The notes under the pieces are model-generated. The model did not search any database. It had not been told where the DNA came from and worked only from the letters and a program-made list of their open reading frames with translations. DNA of 64,000 nucleotides from a virus: IMG/VR virus record IMGVR_UViG_3300020578_000052, positions 6,489-70,488 of that record; one strand, written 5' to 3'. Positions 20,381 through 31,436 of this stretch are shown here, piece by piece; the stretch's first letter is position 1, and every line of letters begins with the position of its first letter. The position numbers and the translations under genes are program-made.

Positions 20381-20782
20381 TTATAGTGTTAAAATTGATC
20401 CGATCCAATCAAAAACTACTGTTACAGAATTTTGAGAACCCGTAAAGGGAAGCCCAGAGGCTGTGTCTGTATAGCTTAGTAACCTTGAATTTGATTGACT
20501 TGAACCAACTTGATATATTACCGCTGCATTAAAAGCAGTATTTACTGGCAATTCAAATAAAAAATCTTGACAATTTAAAACTCCTAAATTATTTACTAAA
20601 GACGGAAGATTTTCTGTTGTATACGCAACATTTGTATTTGATATATCTGATAAAAATTCATGAACATTCTGATTAGGAGTATAAGAACTTTTTACTAGTG
20701 CTACTTTAAAATTATTTTCAGAAAAGTTAAAATAACCGTTCAGTATACCCTGCTTTGCTTTTCCATAAATAAAGTTAGTCAT
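20381..20782 (-). CDS. Virion structural protein
   Basis: 'KVALV...YTP' family pattern. Confidence 0.5.
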   Translation of the reverse strand: MTNFIYGKAKQGILNGYFNFSENNFKVALVKSSYTPNQNVHEFLSDISNTNVAYTTENLPSLVNNLGVLNCQDFLFELPVNTAFNAAVIYQVGSSQSNSRLLSYTDTASGLPFTGSQNSVTVVFDWIGSILTL

Positions 20783-20787
20783 AATAA

Positions 20788-21558
20788 TTATATGCCTATA
20801 TCTTTAGATAATATAATTCTATATTTATATCCAGTCTCAAAATATTTTTTATTAGAGGTTGCATACACAGGCGTTGCATCATTTGATGGAAAGTCTATGT
20901 AAGCTTCTGCCTTCCAAGAATGAAGAGACACGTTAGCGTCTACTGACTCCCATCTAGATGGAGTTCTCTGTATTTTCTTTTTCTGTGCTTTAAAATACTT
21001 AGCGTTAAGAAAGTTTGAAGCTGGTCGAGCATTGAACTCAATTGTTACTCTTCCATTATTGTAAGAGTTATCTACATAGAAGTCTCCATTAACAGGATCT
21101 ACAGAAACTACGTAAAAATTAGGGTTTTTAGCAAGAATTTGAACAGTAGAATACACATCTGTTCTAACAGACTTATCCTCTATCAATATCTCTTCATATA
21201 CAGGTTCTGAATACGAAGTTATTGTAGAAGGTGTCGCAGCATCTGCTTTTGTAAACTTGATTTTTTCTGTTGGTATCGTTTCATTTACTGCGTCTTTTAT
21301 GTTTGAAACTATTATTTCATATTGTTGACCAGAAGTTAAAATTACATCCCAAAACAATCTTAAAGTTCTAGATATTTGATTAAAATCAGTAATAGTATTT
21401 ATTGCTGCAAATGGACTGGGAACAACAACTGGGGTAGCAGCTGTGGTTTGTACTGTAAAGTTAGCATTTATTAATGAGCTAATTTTGACAGTTCTTCCAA
21501 ACTTTATTACGACAACATCAGCGTCTACACTAGCGCTTTCTATTAAATACAGAGCCAC
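20788..21558 (-). CDS. Ig-like (Big) domain virion protein
   Basis: 'LTSGQQYEIIVSNIKD' Ig-like strand pattern. Confidence 0.5.
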   Translation of the reverse strand: MALYLIESASVDADVVVIKFGRTVKISSLINANFTVQTTAATPVVVPSPFAAINTITDFNQISRTLRLFWDVILTSGQQYEIIVSNIKDAVNETIPTEKIKFTKADAATPSTITSYSEPVYEEILIEDKSVRTDVYSTVQILAKNPNFYVVSVDPVNGDFYVDNSYNNGRVTIEFNARPASNFLNAKYFKAQKKKIQRTPSRWESVDANVSLHSWKAEAYIDFPSNDATPVYATSNKKYFETGYKYRIILSKDIGI

Positions 21559-21607
21559 AGATTCTCCTTATTGAGATTTTACTGAAATAGTAACAGTTTT
21601 CTGATGT

Positions 21608-21645
21608 AAAAAACAGAGGGTGGTAGCTTTCGCCACCACCCTCTG
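21608..21645 (-). terminator. Rho-independent terminator after the major capsid gene
   Basis: CAGAGGGTGGT..GAAA..ACCACCCTCTG then T6. Confidence 0.85.
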
Positions 21646-21697
21646 CCTATGGGCTGTCACTTTTCAGTGACCGTAACTATAATGCCCTAAGGTCAAA

Positions 21698-22753
21698 TTA
21701 AATTTCGCTTGTAACCTGAACCTCGTAGTTACGGCTGAGCTTGACGTTCTTAGCGACGGTAATACCTTCGCCATCGCCCAGCATTACGATGTCGTAACGC
21801 TCCTTCATCTTCATCTGACGAATGTCGCGTGATGGATCATCAAACTGGTCAGTGGACAGATCGTCCTTGACTAGAAGTGAACCAACCTCGTTACGGTCAA
21901 TGAGGAAAAGGTCAGACTTAGCTGCACTACCACTTGCCTTAGCTGTGAAGCTGACGAATGGTGATACAAGTACGTTAAGACCCATTGGAGCAGTTGCGTT
22001 TAGTGCGCCTTCTGGAGACTGTGGACGGTAACCCCAGCTGGTACCTACAGCTGAAGCTGCGCCACCTGCATGGAAGATGCTGTCCTTCAAGAAGACTGAC
22101 CACATGAGTGGATGGAGGATGAAGTCTGTTGGTACATGCTTCTCTGCCATCAAAACTGCAGCCATGTCTACGATGTCGTCCCAGGTGACGGTGTCGTTAA
22201 AGGCACCATTGATGTCACGGCCAGTTGTTGAATCGTAGGCACCGTTGTCATTGTCAAAGACGATTGTTGCAGCGTCCTTGAAACGGCTAAGTGCAATTTG
22301 CTCTTTTAAGCGAGCAAGGGCACGACCTGCAGCGCGGACATGAAGGCCGACGATATCCCAAAGTGAGTCAGCAATAACTTCCTCTGTGAAAGCTAGCTTG
22401 ACACCCTTCTTGGACACCTTTCCTTCAATTTGCTTTGCAAAGGCTAATGCCTGCTCTGGGTACTCTTGTCCTTCGGGAATCTCAGCTGCTTGAATTGCAT
22501 TAACTGCTGGGAATTCAAGTGAACGGCCCTTACCGAGACGTACAGTTGAAAGTAGAGGAGTAACTAGAAGCTGGGGTTCAGCTGCTTCCTTAAGAGTACG
22601 AGAAATAACCTTTGGGAAGAGAATTGCAGCATCTGGTGATGCAAAAGCTTCCTTAATGGTAACTCTGTTGTCTTGGTCTAGATACCCGTCCTCAGATAAT
22701 GCGGCTTCCCAAGCTGGGAGTCCTGAGAGGAGCTCTTGGATTGTTTTACTCAT
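21698..22753 (-). CDS. Major capsid protein (HK97 fold)
   Basis: 'EIPEGQEYP...KKGVKLAFTEEVIADS', strong codon bias, downstream terminator. Confidence 0.85.
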   Translation of the reverse strand: MSKTIQELLSGLPAWEAALSEDGYLDQDNRVTIKEAFASPDAAILFPKVISRTLKEAAEPQLLVTPLLSTVRLGKGRSLEFPAVNAIQAAEIPEGQEYPEQALAFAKQIEGKVSKKGVKLAFTEEVIADSLWDIVGLHVRAAGRALARLKEQIALSRFKDAATIVFDNDNGAYDSTTGRDINGAFNDTVTWDDIVDMAAVLMAEKHVPTDFILHPLMWSVFLKDSIFHAGGAASAVGTSWGYRPQSPEGALNATAPMGLNVLVSPFVSFTAKASGSAAKSDLFLIDRNEVGSLLVKDDLSTDQFDDPSRDIRQMKMKERYDIVMLGDGEGITVAKNVKLSRNYEVQVTSEI

Positions 22754-22774
22754 CTTAGGATATTCCTCCTGTTA

Positions 22775-23548
22775 TTATAAGGTTAGGTTGACGCGGAATG
22801 CGCCAATGACGTTGTGGACATCCAGGTTGCTACGGATACCAAGCTTGCCTGAGAAAGCACCTGAGCGAGTAATCTCAAATACTGTCTTAAGCGCACCTGG
22901 ATCTGAAGGAAGCTGCATGTAGGAAAGAAGACCATCATCAAAGTTGGTTGCAAACTTTTCTACTTCGACTACCTTACCAACCTGGAGGTAAGAGTAGACT
23001 GCATTGCTGGCAAAAAAGTCAGCTGCAGCTGCCAATACTGGACGGCCCATATGGTCCGAACGAACTACGCTACCAACGGTAACGTCTGCATTGACTCCAG
23101 TGACCATTGGGTACTCAACGTAACCATGGGTGATGAAGCCTGCACCTTGTGAGGTGCCCTTGTCAAATGGACGGTAAAGGTCATACTGAGCAACGCCAAC
23201 TGGAATTGATCTTGCGCCTACCGCAACAGTGTCAGTTGCGCCAGAGCTATAAGATGGAGTTGCACCATCTAGTGGATCCCAAGATGATGGCATGTTGTCA
23301 CCAAAGGTGACTGCAGCCGATGTACCATTAGCTGGAACAACCCTTGCATCGCCGTTACTGTCGGCTACGACTGAAAGAATGGTACCTTTTGGAATTACGA
23401 TTTCAAAGCGATCATCTTCGCTGTCGGAATACCAAGTTGGTAGACCAGGATGTGGAAGAAGGTATGCTGCTGGAGCAATGCCCTCTGAAACCACAAAACG
23501 GCCTGAACCAGTCTTTGTGCCTACTTTACGAAATTTTGCTAAGCTCAT
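22775..23548 (-). CDS. Capsid decoration/cement protein
   Basis: Between scaffold and MCP; 'VIPKGTIL...IPVGVA' pattern; codon bias like MCP. Confidence 0.55.
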   Translation of the reverse strand: MSLAKFRKVGTKTGSGRFVVSEGIAPAAYLLPHPGLPTWYSDSEDDRFEIVIPKGTILSVVADSNGDARVVPANGTSAAVTFGDNMPSSWDPLDGATPSYSSGATDTVAVGARSIPVGVAQYDLYRPFDKGTSQGAGFITHGYVEYPMVTGVNADVTVGSVVRSDHMGRPVLAAAADFFASNAVYSYLQVGKVVEVEKFATNFDDGLLSYMQLPSDPGALKTVFEITRSGAFSGKLGIRSNLDVHNVIGAFRVNLTL

Positions 23549-23567
23549 TTCTTATTTTCTCCTTGTT

Positions 23568-25173
23568 TTAAAGCTTACGACGGCCCATGAGAGCGTCAAC
23601 AAATACTTGCTCAAGTGATACTTCTTCCTTAGCCTCAGTAATCTCATTATCCTCGTCAACAGTTGCTACGTTTTCTTCATTTGTAACTGCTGCGGATTCG
23701 TTATGGATTTCTGGTGCTTCGGCATGACGTGACTTGCGGACTGGTATTTTTGCAATATCTCTGAGTGAATCAGCAAGAGAAGAGGCTGTTCTGGTCAAGT
23801 GTGACTCAATCAGTTCATCTCTCTGCTCTGCTGTTTCTACGCCAGCGTTGATTTTTGCATCTACTACTCTTTCCACAAGAATTCTGTGAAGTGCTGCCTT
23901 GAGCTTTGCATTTTCTTCTTCAAGAGCTTTTATCTTGTCAAGAACGTCGTTGTCTTGCTCAGCGGGCTGTTCAGCCTTATCGCTGAGGTCTTCGTCCGTA
24001 CTCTTAGGCTCTTGAGTGCCTTCGGCCTGTTCTTCTTTGGCCTCTGGTTCTTCAGACTCTGCAGCTTGTTCGGAATCAACAGCCTTTTCAGCTTGTTCAT
24101 CCGCTTTCTCTGTATCGTCTTTAGACTCTTGTACACCGGCTTCTTTTTCGCCGGCTTCTTCGCTACCTTCAGCTAGTGCTTCTGGTGCTTCTTCTTCGCC
24201 ACCTTCAGACTGTTCAGTCTTTTCTGCGGCAATTGAAGATAGATCCTCGCTCAACTCTTCAGTTACAGCTAAAATATCCTCTTCTTGATTGCGATCTTTC
24301 ATATTAGAGTTCTCCTGTAGATCGGTGTTATTAATAGCTTCCTCGCTAGATAGTAATGAAACTGGTTTATTATGTGCATTTTCGCTCTCTTGGAAGGCAA
24401 GAGCTGTCAAAAAAGCGCCTTTTAGATGAAGATACATTGGCTTAGATTCTTTCTTTTTCATATTTTTAAATAAAGAATCATGTTCTTCTACGGAATAAAT
24501 ATCTTCTTCGTTCATACTTAAAACAAACGCAGAACTTTTAGCTACCCAGCCTTCAGTATTTGGCTTTCCATCTTTGTCAGCGGTAGCAGATGTTGATCTA
24601 ACAATTGACTTACCATCAGCTGGTTGATTTACAAATGAATATTCTTTAAAAGAAATATCCTGCATATCAATAAATGCGAGCTTACCTTTATAAACTTGAC
24701 CTCTGCGGTACTTTGGAATTTTTGGCCTGCCATTGTCAGACTCGGAAGCTAAATCATCACCAGAAATTGAACAAATTGCTTTACCAGCTCTACCGCCAAC
24801 AGATCCAGTAAGGTATCTCTTGTCTAAAACTTTTTGGGCTGCAGTTGGATCAGTGATTGCAATCTGCAGTCTAACAAAGGGACTGCCGTCTTCTTCTTTG
24901 TCCATTTTTGCAGCAATGACTCTACCAATTGGTTCAGCATTTAAATCATGATTTAAAATTATTGGCTTAGGATAAGGCTCAACCCAAGACTGGAGAGCCT
25001 TTTCTAATTCAATAGCAGAATAATTATTGTAATTAGAAGTGAGTCCGTTCGTGTATAGCAGCAACTTCTATAATAAGACCATGTTTGCTGTTAAATGCTT
25101 CCGAAAAATCATAGTCTAATTTACTGAAATCGGGAAGTTGAACGGTAAAATTTTCGACAAAATCAAAAGCCAT
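23568..25173 (-). CDS. Prohead protease-scaffold fusion, +1 frameshift at CGG 25045-25047 (534 aa joined)
   Basis: Start 25173 MAFDF...EVAAIHE/GLTSNY; 'ILNHD...IGRV...SVG...EYSFVN.PAD' protease motifs; acidic coiled-coil C-terminus. Confidence 0.75.
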
Positions 25174-25257
25174 TTATGTCTCCATGACAGAATAATTCTA
25201 AGCTTGTACTTATAGTAAATTGGGTAATCATATATTAAACAATCTTATATAAGAATA

Positions 25258-26037
25258 TCATACTTTAGACAAACTTTTCAAAGTTTCAAATTCCCTAGGA
25301 TCTCCATTTCGAAGAACATCCTGAAGCATTGCTCTACTCATAATATGAGGAGTGTATATGTACGATGCACAATAGAGATTAAAACCGTGGTCAGCTGCTG
25401 TTGCTGACCAACCAAGATCTTCACCCTGTGGATGAATAGTGTAGTTAATGGCGCTATAAACTTTTTTTGACATCATTTTTGCAGCCATTATAATATCTGA
25501 TTTAAAATAAGTTCCGATAGGGAAATCCAAATCTCTATGAGCCTTACCGCCCGCATGTGCCAACCATTTCATAACACTGGGGTAAGAAGTTCCAACTGGG
25601 GTCATATACATGAGTGGATTAACTGCATCCGCTCCCTCTTTAATGTGGGCGATAAGAAGTTCTATTGTTGATGGATTTTTAATTAATATATCTGAATCTA
25701 GACTAAAAAAATAATCTGGATTATATTCTCTTACTTTTTGAAGAAGAATATTTCTTAAGTTGACCATATTTTCATATTTAGACAAAGTCCACTGTCTTGT
25801 GCCTTCTTTATGTGAAAAATGGTTTACATTTTCAGGATATAAAATATCAAAAATTTTTACTTCTGGATGATGATTTCGCCACTGCTCAAGGTGAGATATT
25901 GTTGCTTGATCATCTTTAGATGCAACAAAAACAAATCCAATATCAGAAAGAAATACTGATTGAGCTTGTATGCACGATATCCAGTACGGAAAAATCCAAT
26001 CCCTATCATATATAGGGCAGCCTATTATCAGTTTCAT
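25258..26037 (-). CDS. GT-A fold glycosyltransferase
   Basis: 'IIGCP...RN.LL...FSLDSD...GEDLGW'. Confidence 0.75.
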   Translation of the reverse strand: MKLIIGCPIYDRDWIFPYWISCIQAQSVFLSDIGFVFVASKDDQATISHLEQWRNHHPEVKIFDILYPENVNHFSHKEGTRQWTLSKYENMVNLRNILLQKVREYNPDYFFSLDSDILIKNPSTIELLIAHIKEGADAVNPLMYMTPVGTSYPSVMKWLAHAGGKAHRDLDFPIGTYFKSDIIMAAKMMSKKVYSAINYTIHPQGEDLGWSATAADHGFNLYCASYIYTPHIMSRAMLQDVLRNGDPREFETLKSLSKV

Positions 26038-26038
26038 A

Positions 26039-26323
26039 TTATTCTGAAACAGTTTCCTTTGCTTTAGCTTTAGGTGCAGGCTTTACATCTTCTTCAATTT
26101 GTTCTTTTACTTTTACTTCCTCTTCCTCTGCTAAAAGTAAAACTTCAACAACTGGATCAGCGGCTTCTTCAAGTGCTTCAATCTTTTCTGCAAAAGCTTC
26201 AATAATGTCAACTAGAATAGACATTGCTAAACGTGCTTGACCATTATCAACTGCAGTGTAAAAAGCTTCTATTGCGTCTTCGCCATATCTAGAGTTTTTT
26301 GCTGTTTCTGAGGGGATTATCAT
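26039..26323 (-). CDS. Hypothetical acidic protein
   Basis: Coupled ORF. Confidence 0.55.
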   Translation of the reverse strand: MIIPSETAKNSRYGEDAIEAFYTAVDNGQARLAMSILVDIIEAFAEKIEALEEAADPVVEVLLLAEEEEVKVKEQIEEDVKPAPKAKAKETVSE

Positions 26324-27966
26324 TCCGAACCTTTCTTTATTTCATCTTGTTCAATAACATTATACTCTTCTTTGAGAGCATTTTCAATAACAGAAAGCCA
26401 TGATAAATCAGATCTTCTGATATCTGGTGAAGTTTTTCTTCCCTGTTGGTTTGCTGGTCTAATAATATTACCAGGACCTTTTCTTCTAGAGGGTAAATTT
26501 CTTTGTCCAGATCTTGCAGGTTGTTGCTTGTCTGAGTTTTCTGGTCTTTGTGGTTGTTCTGTTTGTTGTTGATTTTTCATTGCAATTTTAGCTTGATTCT
26601 CAGCCATATCCATTTGAATCTCAGCTTGAATTCCAGCAAACAAATCTTTTATATCATATTCTGGATCTATACCTAGTTCTATTCTTAGCTCTGACAAAGT
26701 AATTGCAGAGTTAGTGAACTTTTGTATTAGGTGCGTTTCTTTTTTGACTTGAGTATCTACGTCAATCTCATTAAAGTTAAAGAAACACCTATCAGAAACA
26801 CCATCGTCAACAGGATTTGCTATTGGGTCAAATCCACCTTCAAAAAGAAGTTCATTAAAGAAATGAACTCTAATCATTTCTGCTAAGTGCTTTTGAAACT
26901 GCTTTACTTTATCATATAGAGCTGTATCTAGTCTATCTGTAACAGATCTATTTCCACCATTCATGCTCATACCAAGGTGATGAGGCGCAACGCCAAGACC
27001 TACTGCAACTCTTTCCTTAAAGTGATTTAAATATTGGCTGGCATCAAGAGCTGTATTATTTGCACCTATCACGTCAACATCATGCCTGTATGGAAGTATT
27101 AATCCACCTTCAGATCTCATGTTTTCTATTTGAGCAGCTGCGTCATCTATTTCTTCTGGCTCTGCTGGTTGCTCGGCAGTGCCGACTTTATATTTATACA
27201 GAGGAAATAATTCTCTGTGAACAAGGTTTTGAATATCTTCTTCTAATTGCCTTAAAGCAACAACGTCATCCAAAACTGAGCTTAAAAACGGAGTGCCAAA
27301 TGCACGACCTGTTTTTCTGTCAAAATGAAGATGTATTACCCTTTCAGCCGACCAAACAGGATCTCTATCAGTAGGAGAATATGTCATTGGATCAGTTTGT
27401 TGCTGATAAGATTTAGGTCTATTAAACTTGTCTCTAAGTATTCTTACTTGCTCAGTTGGGATTAAATAATACCCAATAACTGGTTGAGTTGAATTAACAG
27501 GACTTAAAGATGAAGGGAAATAGTCAGACATGTCTCCTCTTGCTTTTACGATAAAAACATTAGAAAATTTAACTAAGTGATCTGAAACTTCCATTAAAAA
27601 ATCTACAAATGGCCTTTTCATTGCCATTTCCATAAAGTCAATTCTTTGATACAGATAAGAGACTGCTTCTGCATTTTCTCCAGTTATTTTCCAGCCCTCT
27701 TTCCAAAAAAGCTCTTTATATTTTAAAGTCGCTTGCTTGACATAGCAGTCTGTGTCAACTGCCTGAAGGATCCTATCAAAGTCATAGGGAGATGGCTCAA
27801 AATTGCTTCTACCAGTATAAAAATAATTAGTCCCCTGATAACCCAGTGCTAGCGCAGCAGGTTTTAAGGCTTTGGATAAGTTTTTAATTTGTTCAGGCTC
27901 AATTGCTTTTGCAAAAAAGTCTCCTGATCCATTTTGGCTAAATGGCAGATATTGTCTAATGGCCAT
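26320..27966 (-). CDS. Portal protein
   Basis: 'VIHL...AFGTPFL..V', 'GLGV', 'ELRIELG'; upstream of the protease. Confidence 0.8.
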   Translation of the reverse strand: MAIRQYLPFSQNGSGDFFAKAIEPEQIKNLSKALKPAALALGYQGTNYFYTGRSNFEPSPYDFDRILQAVDTDCYVKQATLKYKELFWKEGWKITGENAEAVSYLYQRIDFMEMAMKRPFVDFLMEVSDHLVKFSNVFIVKARGDMSDYFPSSLSPVNSTQPVIGYYLIPTEQVRILRDKFNRPKSYQQQTDPMTYSPTDRDPVWSAERVIHLHFDRKTGRAFGTPFLSSVLDDVVALRQLEEDIQNLVHRELFPLYKYKVGTAEQPAEPEEIDDAAAQIENMRSEGGLILPYRHDVDVIGANNTALDASQYLNHFKERVAVGLGVAPHHLGMSMNGGNRSVTDRLDTALYDKVKQFQKHLAEMIRVHFFNELLFEGGFDPIANPVDDGVSDRCFFNFNEIDVDTQVKKETHLIQKFTNSAITLSELRIELGIDPEYDIKDLFAGIQAEIQMDMAENQAKIAMKNQQQTEQPQRPENSDKQQPARSGQRNLPSRRKGPGNIIRPANQQGRKTSPDIRRSDLSWLSVIENALKEEYNVIEQDEIKKGSE

Positions 27967-28012
27967 TAGAACTCCTTACTTAGATAAAGTAATAGTAGTA
28001 TAAAAAATAAAA

Positions 28013-28195
28013 TTAGCTAGCAGCAGCTGCGTCAAAAGCTCTCTTTAGGATTAAAGCCTTAACGGACTCTAGCCAAAAAACAGTTTCAGCTTCATTAAAA
28101 TCACTCTTATAAGATAGGTTCTGATCGCTGATTAAAATAGTAACAGTAAACTCTTTTGTAGCTTCTGTAGTATTTTCTACGTTATCTTCTGACAT
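28013..28195 (-). CDS. Hypothetical protein
   Basis: ORF track; AAGGA RBS. Confidence 0.5.
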   Translation of the reverse strand: MSEDNVENTTEATKEFTVTILISDQNLSYKSDFNEAETVFWLESVKALILKRAFDAAAAS

Positions 28196-28350
28196 TATTT
28201 ATCCTTTACTTCTTCTTTTGACATCTCCTGAATTTGGAGTGTTAAATGTTTAATTGTTGCGTCTTTTATCACATTTTCGGTCGTCAATTGTGTTAACCTA
28301 TCTTGAAAAGACTGAATAATTAAATTTACATCTATATTTTGTTCATTCAT
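28195..28350 (-). CDS. Small coiled-coil protein (51 aa)
   Basis: Hand-translated MNEQNIDVNLIIQSFQ...; TAATG overlap with the next gene. Confidence 0.5.
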   Translation of the reverse strand: MNEQNIDVNLIIQSFQDRLTQLTTENVIKDATIKHLTLQIQEMSKEEVKDK

Positions 28351-28357
28351 ATTTACA

Positions 28358-30461
28358 TTATACCATTCTTGATTCTAATTCTTCAACTCTATCTGTAAGT
28401 TCTTTTATGGCAGCAACGGCTAAGGCAATCATGCCATCTGGCTTCCACGACTTTTCAAACTTAGTTATGCCATCATCAGTTGCATAATATACTAAGTTAG
28501 GAGCTTCGGAATCTGCAACTTCATCAACTATGAAACCATATTGAAGTTGCTCACGACGATTAAAAGCATCGTATGGTTCATCTTGAATTAATGCACTTTG
28601 TTTAAATCTAAATGTCCTTGGCTGCATAGATTTAATCTTGTCTATAGCATTTTCTAGTGTGTTGATATCTTCTTTCATTTCACGAAGTGACCAGTTAGAC
28701 AACGTACGTTTTTTGACTTCCCCTGTAGATATTCTCACCATAACTTCATCGGAACTTGATGGCCCAACAGCTGCAAGATATATAGTACCTGCAGAAGAAA
28801 AAAGGCCTGCTGTAATTGTTCCTGCAGTATATAGATTTTTATTTTGATAGATTTTAACAGTAGTTGATTCATCCATGTACATACCACCACCATGAGTTTC
28901 GCTATACCACCCAGCGTTTCCGAATGTTCTCAACCAGTTTGAAGCATAGACTGCTCCGCTTGAAGAAATTGTTCCACCAGAAATTGTTCCACCAGTTGAA
29001 AAGTTTTTATTTCCGAAAACTTTTACAGTTGTACCTTCGTCCATCCATATTCCACCACCATGTGTTTGATTATACCAACCACTATTTCCAGAGGATCTAA
29101 AGAATCCACTGCATGAAACTGAATTGTTCTCTGTTATTCCTGTAGCCCCAACGTCTATAAAGGCAGGGGCTCCATTGTTTCCTCCAGCTATCAAAATGCC
29201 ATAATTTGGAATTCCAGGTTTAAAAAATGCTATACTGTCAAAAGTAATCTGCGTGTTGGCAATGTTTGCTCCTGGGTCTGATCCTAATTTAACATTAAGA
29301 AATCCACCATACATTCTTGTAACGCCATCAGGTAGTCCACCACCGGTACCATAAACAGTAAAATCTCCGTCTGAAGTGATAGTAGCTTTATTATTGGCTG
29401 CGGTTCCAATTTCAAATAAACCATTAGAGTTCATGGTCACTAAATTGTTGCTAGATCTAATATAACTTGGATTTACACTCCAGCCACCTATGGTTCCAGA
29501 AGATGCTGTTACTTGACCAACGATAGACAAAGATGTTCCATTCCATCTAACGTAGTTAGTGTTATTTCCTACACTAAATTTTCCATTTGCATACCAGTAA
29601 TTATACTCAGGATCGCCTAACTCAATACCAAAGTCTGTATTTGTAGGTCCAACATTTTCGTCTATTGTTAAATATCCATATACGCCATTGCCAACCGTTA
29701 AGCTATTTGCATTAAGTTCTGCATTAACGTTAACTGCTGAACCAATTGTTATTGTAGAGTTATTATATGTTATTCCATGTGGTCCACCTAGGCTAAAGTG
29801 ACCATCACCTCTAATATACCAACCTTGTGCCCCGGAAGAGGTATCGTAAGTTTTTGATTTAATAATAGTATTTGCAGCATTAGCGCCACCTAATACTATT
29901 GCAGCTGACTCTATTTCTCCTGCTTTAATTTTATCTGCAGTTAAGCTTACAATGTATTGACTATCAATAAGCGGTGTTGAAAGATCTGTTTTTACAATAG
30001 CTGTCCAGTTGCCATAGTTCCCAGAAGTGTCTACTGCTCTAACTCTTCCAAAGAAATTTCTTTGCTCAACAACATTGTTTTGATTAACAAAGCTACCATC
30101 CACCTGAACTGCAAATACGCTAGAATTACCTAAGCCTGAACGATGTGGTTGAGCTCCACTAACTAATGCATATGGTGGGGTATTTGGGGCAACTATGTCA
30201 TCTTCTTCATACAATTGATATTCATATGTAGCTAAATCCAAATCTGTTCCATTGTTAAATCGAAACAATACGTTAGCAAACGAGGCATGTAGTGTCAGTC
30301 CCTGTAGTGTGCCTGGAATTGTTGAATCGCCTGGTACGGTAAATCTTACTGTTTCTGAAAATGCAGATAGGACGTTGGTGTCAGGGTCTTTTGCCCTGAC
30401 AGTTACTACATACTCACTTCCGTGGATTTAAGTTTGATAAAGTTTGTTTGATTTCTGCCAT
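28358..30461 (-). CDS. Tail fibre/spike with FN3 N-terminus and S74-type chaperone C-terminus, +1 frameshift at CGG 30420-30422 (700 aa joined)
   Basis: Joined N-terminus LSNLNP/GSEYVVTVRAKD is an FN3 motif; two 'GN.GWY..THGGG..MD' repeats; 'SLREMKEDI...AIKEL..RVEELE' chaperone domain. Confidence 0.75.
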
Positions 30462-31432
30462 TACCTTATTCCGCCTATCTTAACAAAAGAAATATTTGGA
30501 TTTATTTCTTCTACATCATATGTTAGCTTATAATTCGGAGAAAATTGATATTTTGTTATTTCTACCGAATTACTAGATGACATAACATTTTTTTCTGATA
30601 AAACTTCTATTTCAAATATATACTTAGAGTATTCCAATAATGTATTTGAATACAAAACTTGGTTTGATGACTCTTCACTTGCATGACAGTCTACCGTGGT
30701 CCAATCCAGTGCAAGATTCTTAGATATAGAATTGTCATCGTAATAAGAAAAAATTCTTATCTGAAACTTTCCATAGTTTGGCCCTTTTCTGCCAATGACC
30801 CTGAACTTGGGACCGTCAAAAGACCCAAACGCTTTAGCTCCTATGCTTTGTGATTTTCCATCTATCCAGTCTAAGCCATTATTATAAAAAGCTAATTTAT
30901 ATTCTTTAACAGAATCTTCCATTCCATCATAACTATACTCTTGTATGTTATTTGATGCCAAATCAAAATATAATCCTTCAACAGAAGGTATAGATTGTGG
31001 TGCAAGTTTTTGATAATAATCATTGTTTTCTATTTGTATATATTGTAAATATTTTATATTCGTAGCACCGTAATAGACACTATAGTATTTTGTGTAACCA
31101 GTATCTTTTTCAATTTTTTCTACTGCGTTGAAATAAAGAATGTTTCCTACAGCTCTACTTTTAATTGGGGTAAAAAAACTATCGTCAGCGGAGTCTTCGT
31201 AGACAACTATATAAGAATAATCGTCAGTAACTTCTTGGAGAGAAGAGTTTATATATTTGTTAACAAATTTATTATCTAAATTAACATATATTTGTTCGCC
31301 AGCTTCTACGTCGTTGCTTAAGTAATTAAAGTATATTTTTCTTTTTACTGGAATATGAACAAAAGAAGAATAAACTAATTCAGATTCTCCAAGTACAATT
31401 ATTGAATCTTTAATAGGTTTAAACCATGACAT
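30461..31432 (-). CDS. Virion protein with carbohydrate-binding-like beta domain
   Basis: 'F.G......G.KGP.YGKF.I' pattern. Confidence 0.5.
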   Translation of the reverse strand: MSWFKPIKDSIIVLGESELVYSSFVHIPVKRKIYFNYLSNDVEAGEQIYVNLDNKFVNKYINSSLQEVTDDYSYIVVYEDSADDSFFTPIKSRAVGNILYFNAVEKIEKDTGYTKYYSVYYGATNIKYLQYIQIENNDYYQKLAPQSIPSVEGLYFDLASNNIQEYSYDGMEDSVKEYKLAFYNNGLDWIDGKSQSIGAKAFGSFDGPKFRVIGRKGPNYGKFQIRIFSYYDDNSISKNLALDWTTVDCHASEESSNQVLYSNTLLEYSKYIFEIEVLSEKNVMSSSNSVEITKYQFSPNYKLTYDVEEINPNISFVKIGGIR

Positions 31433-31436
31433 TTTA

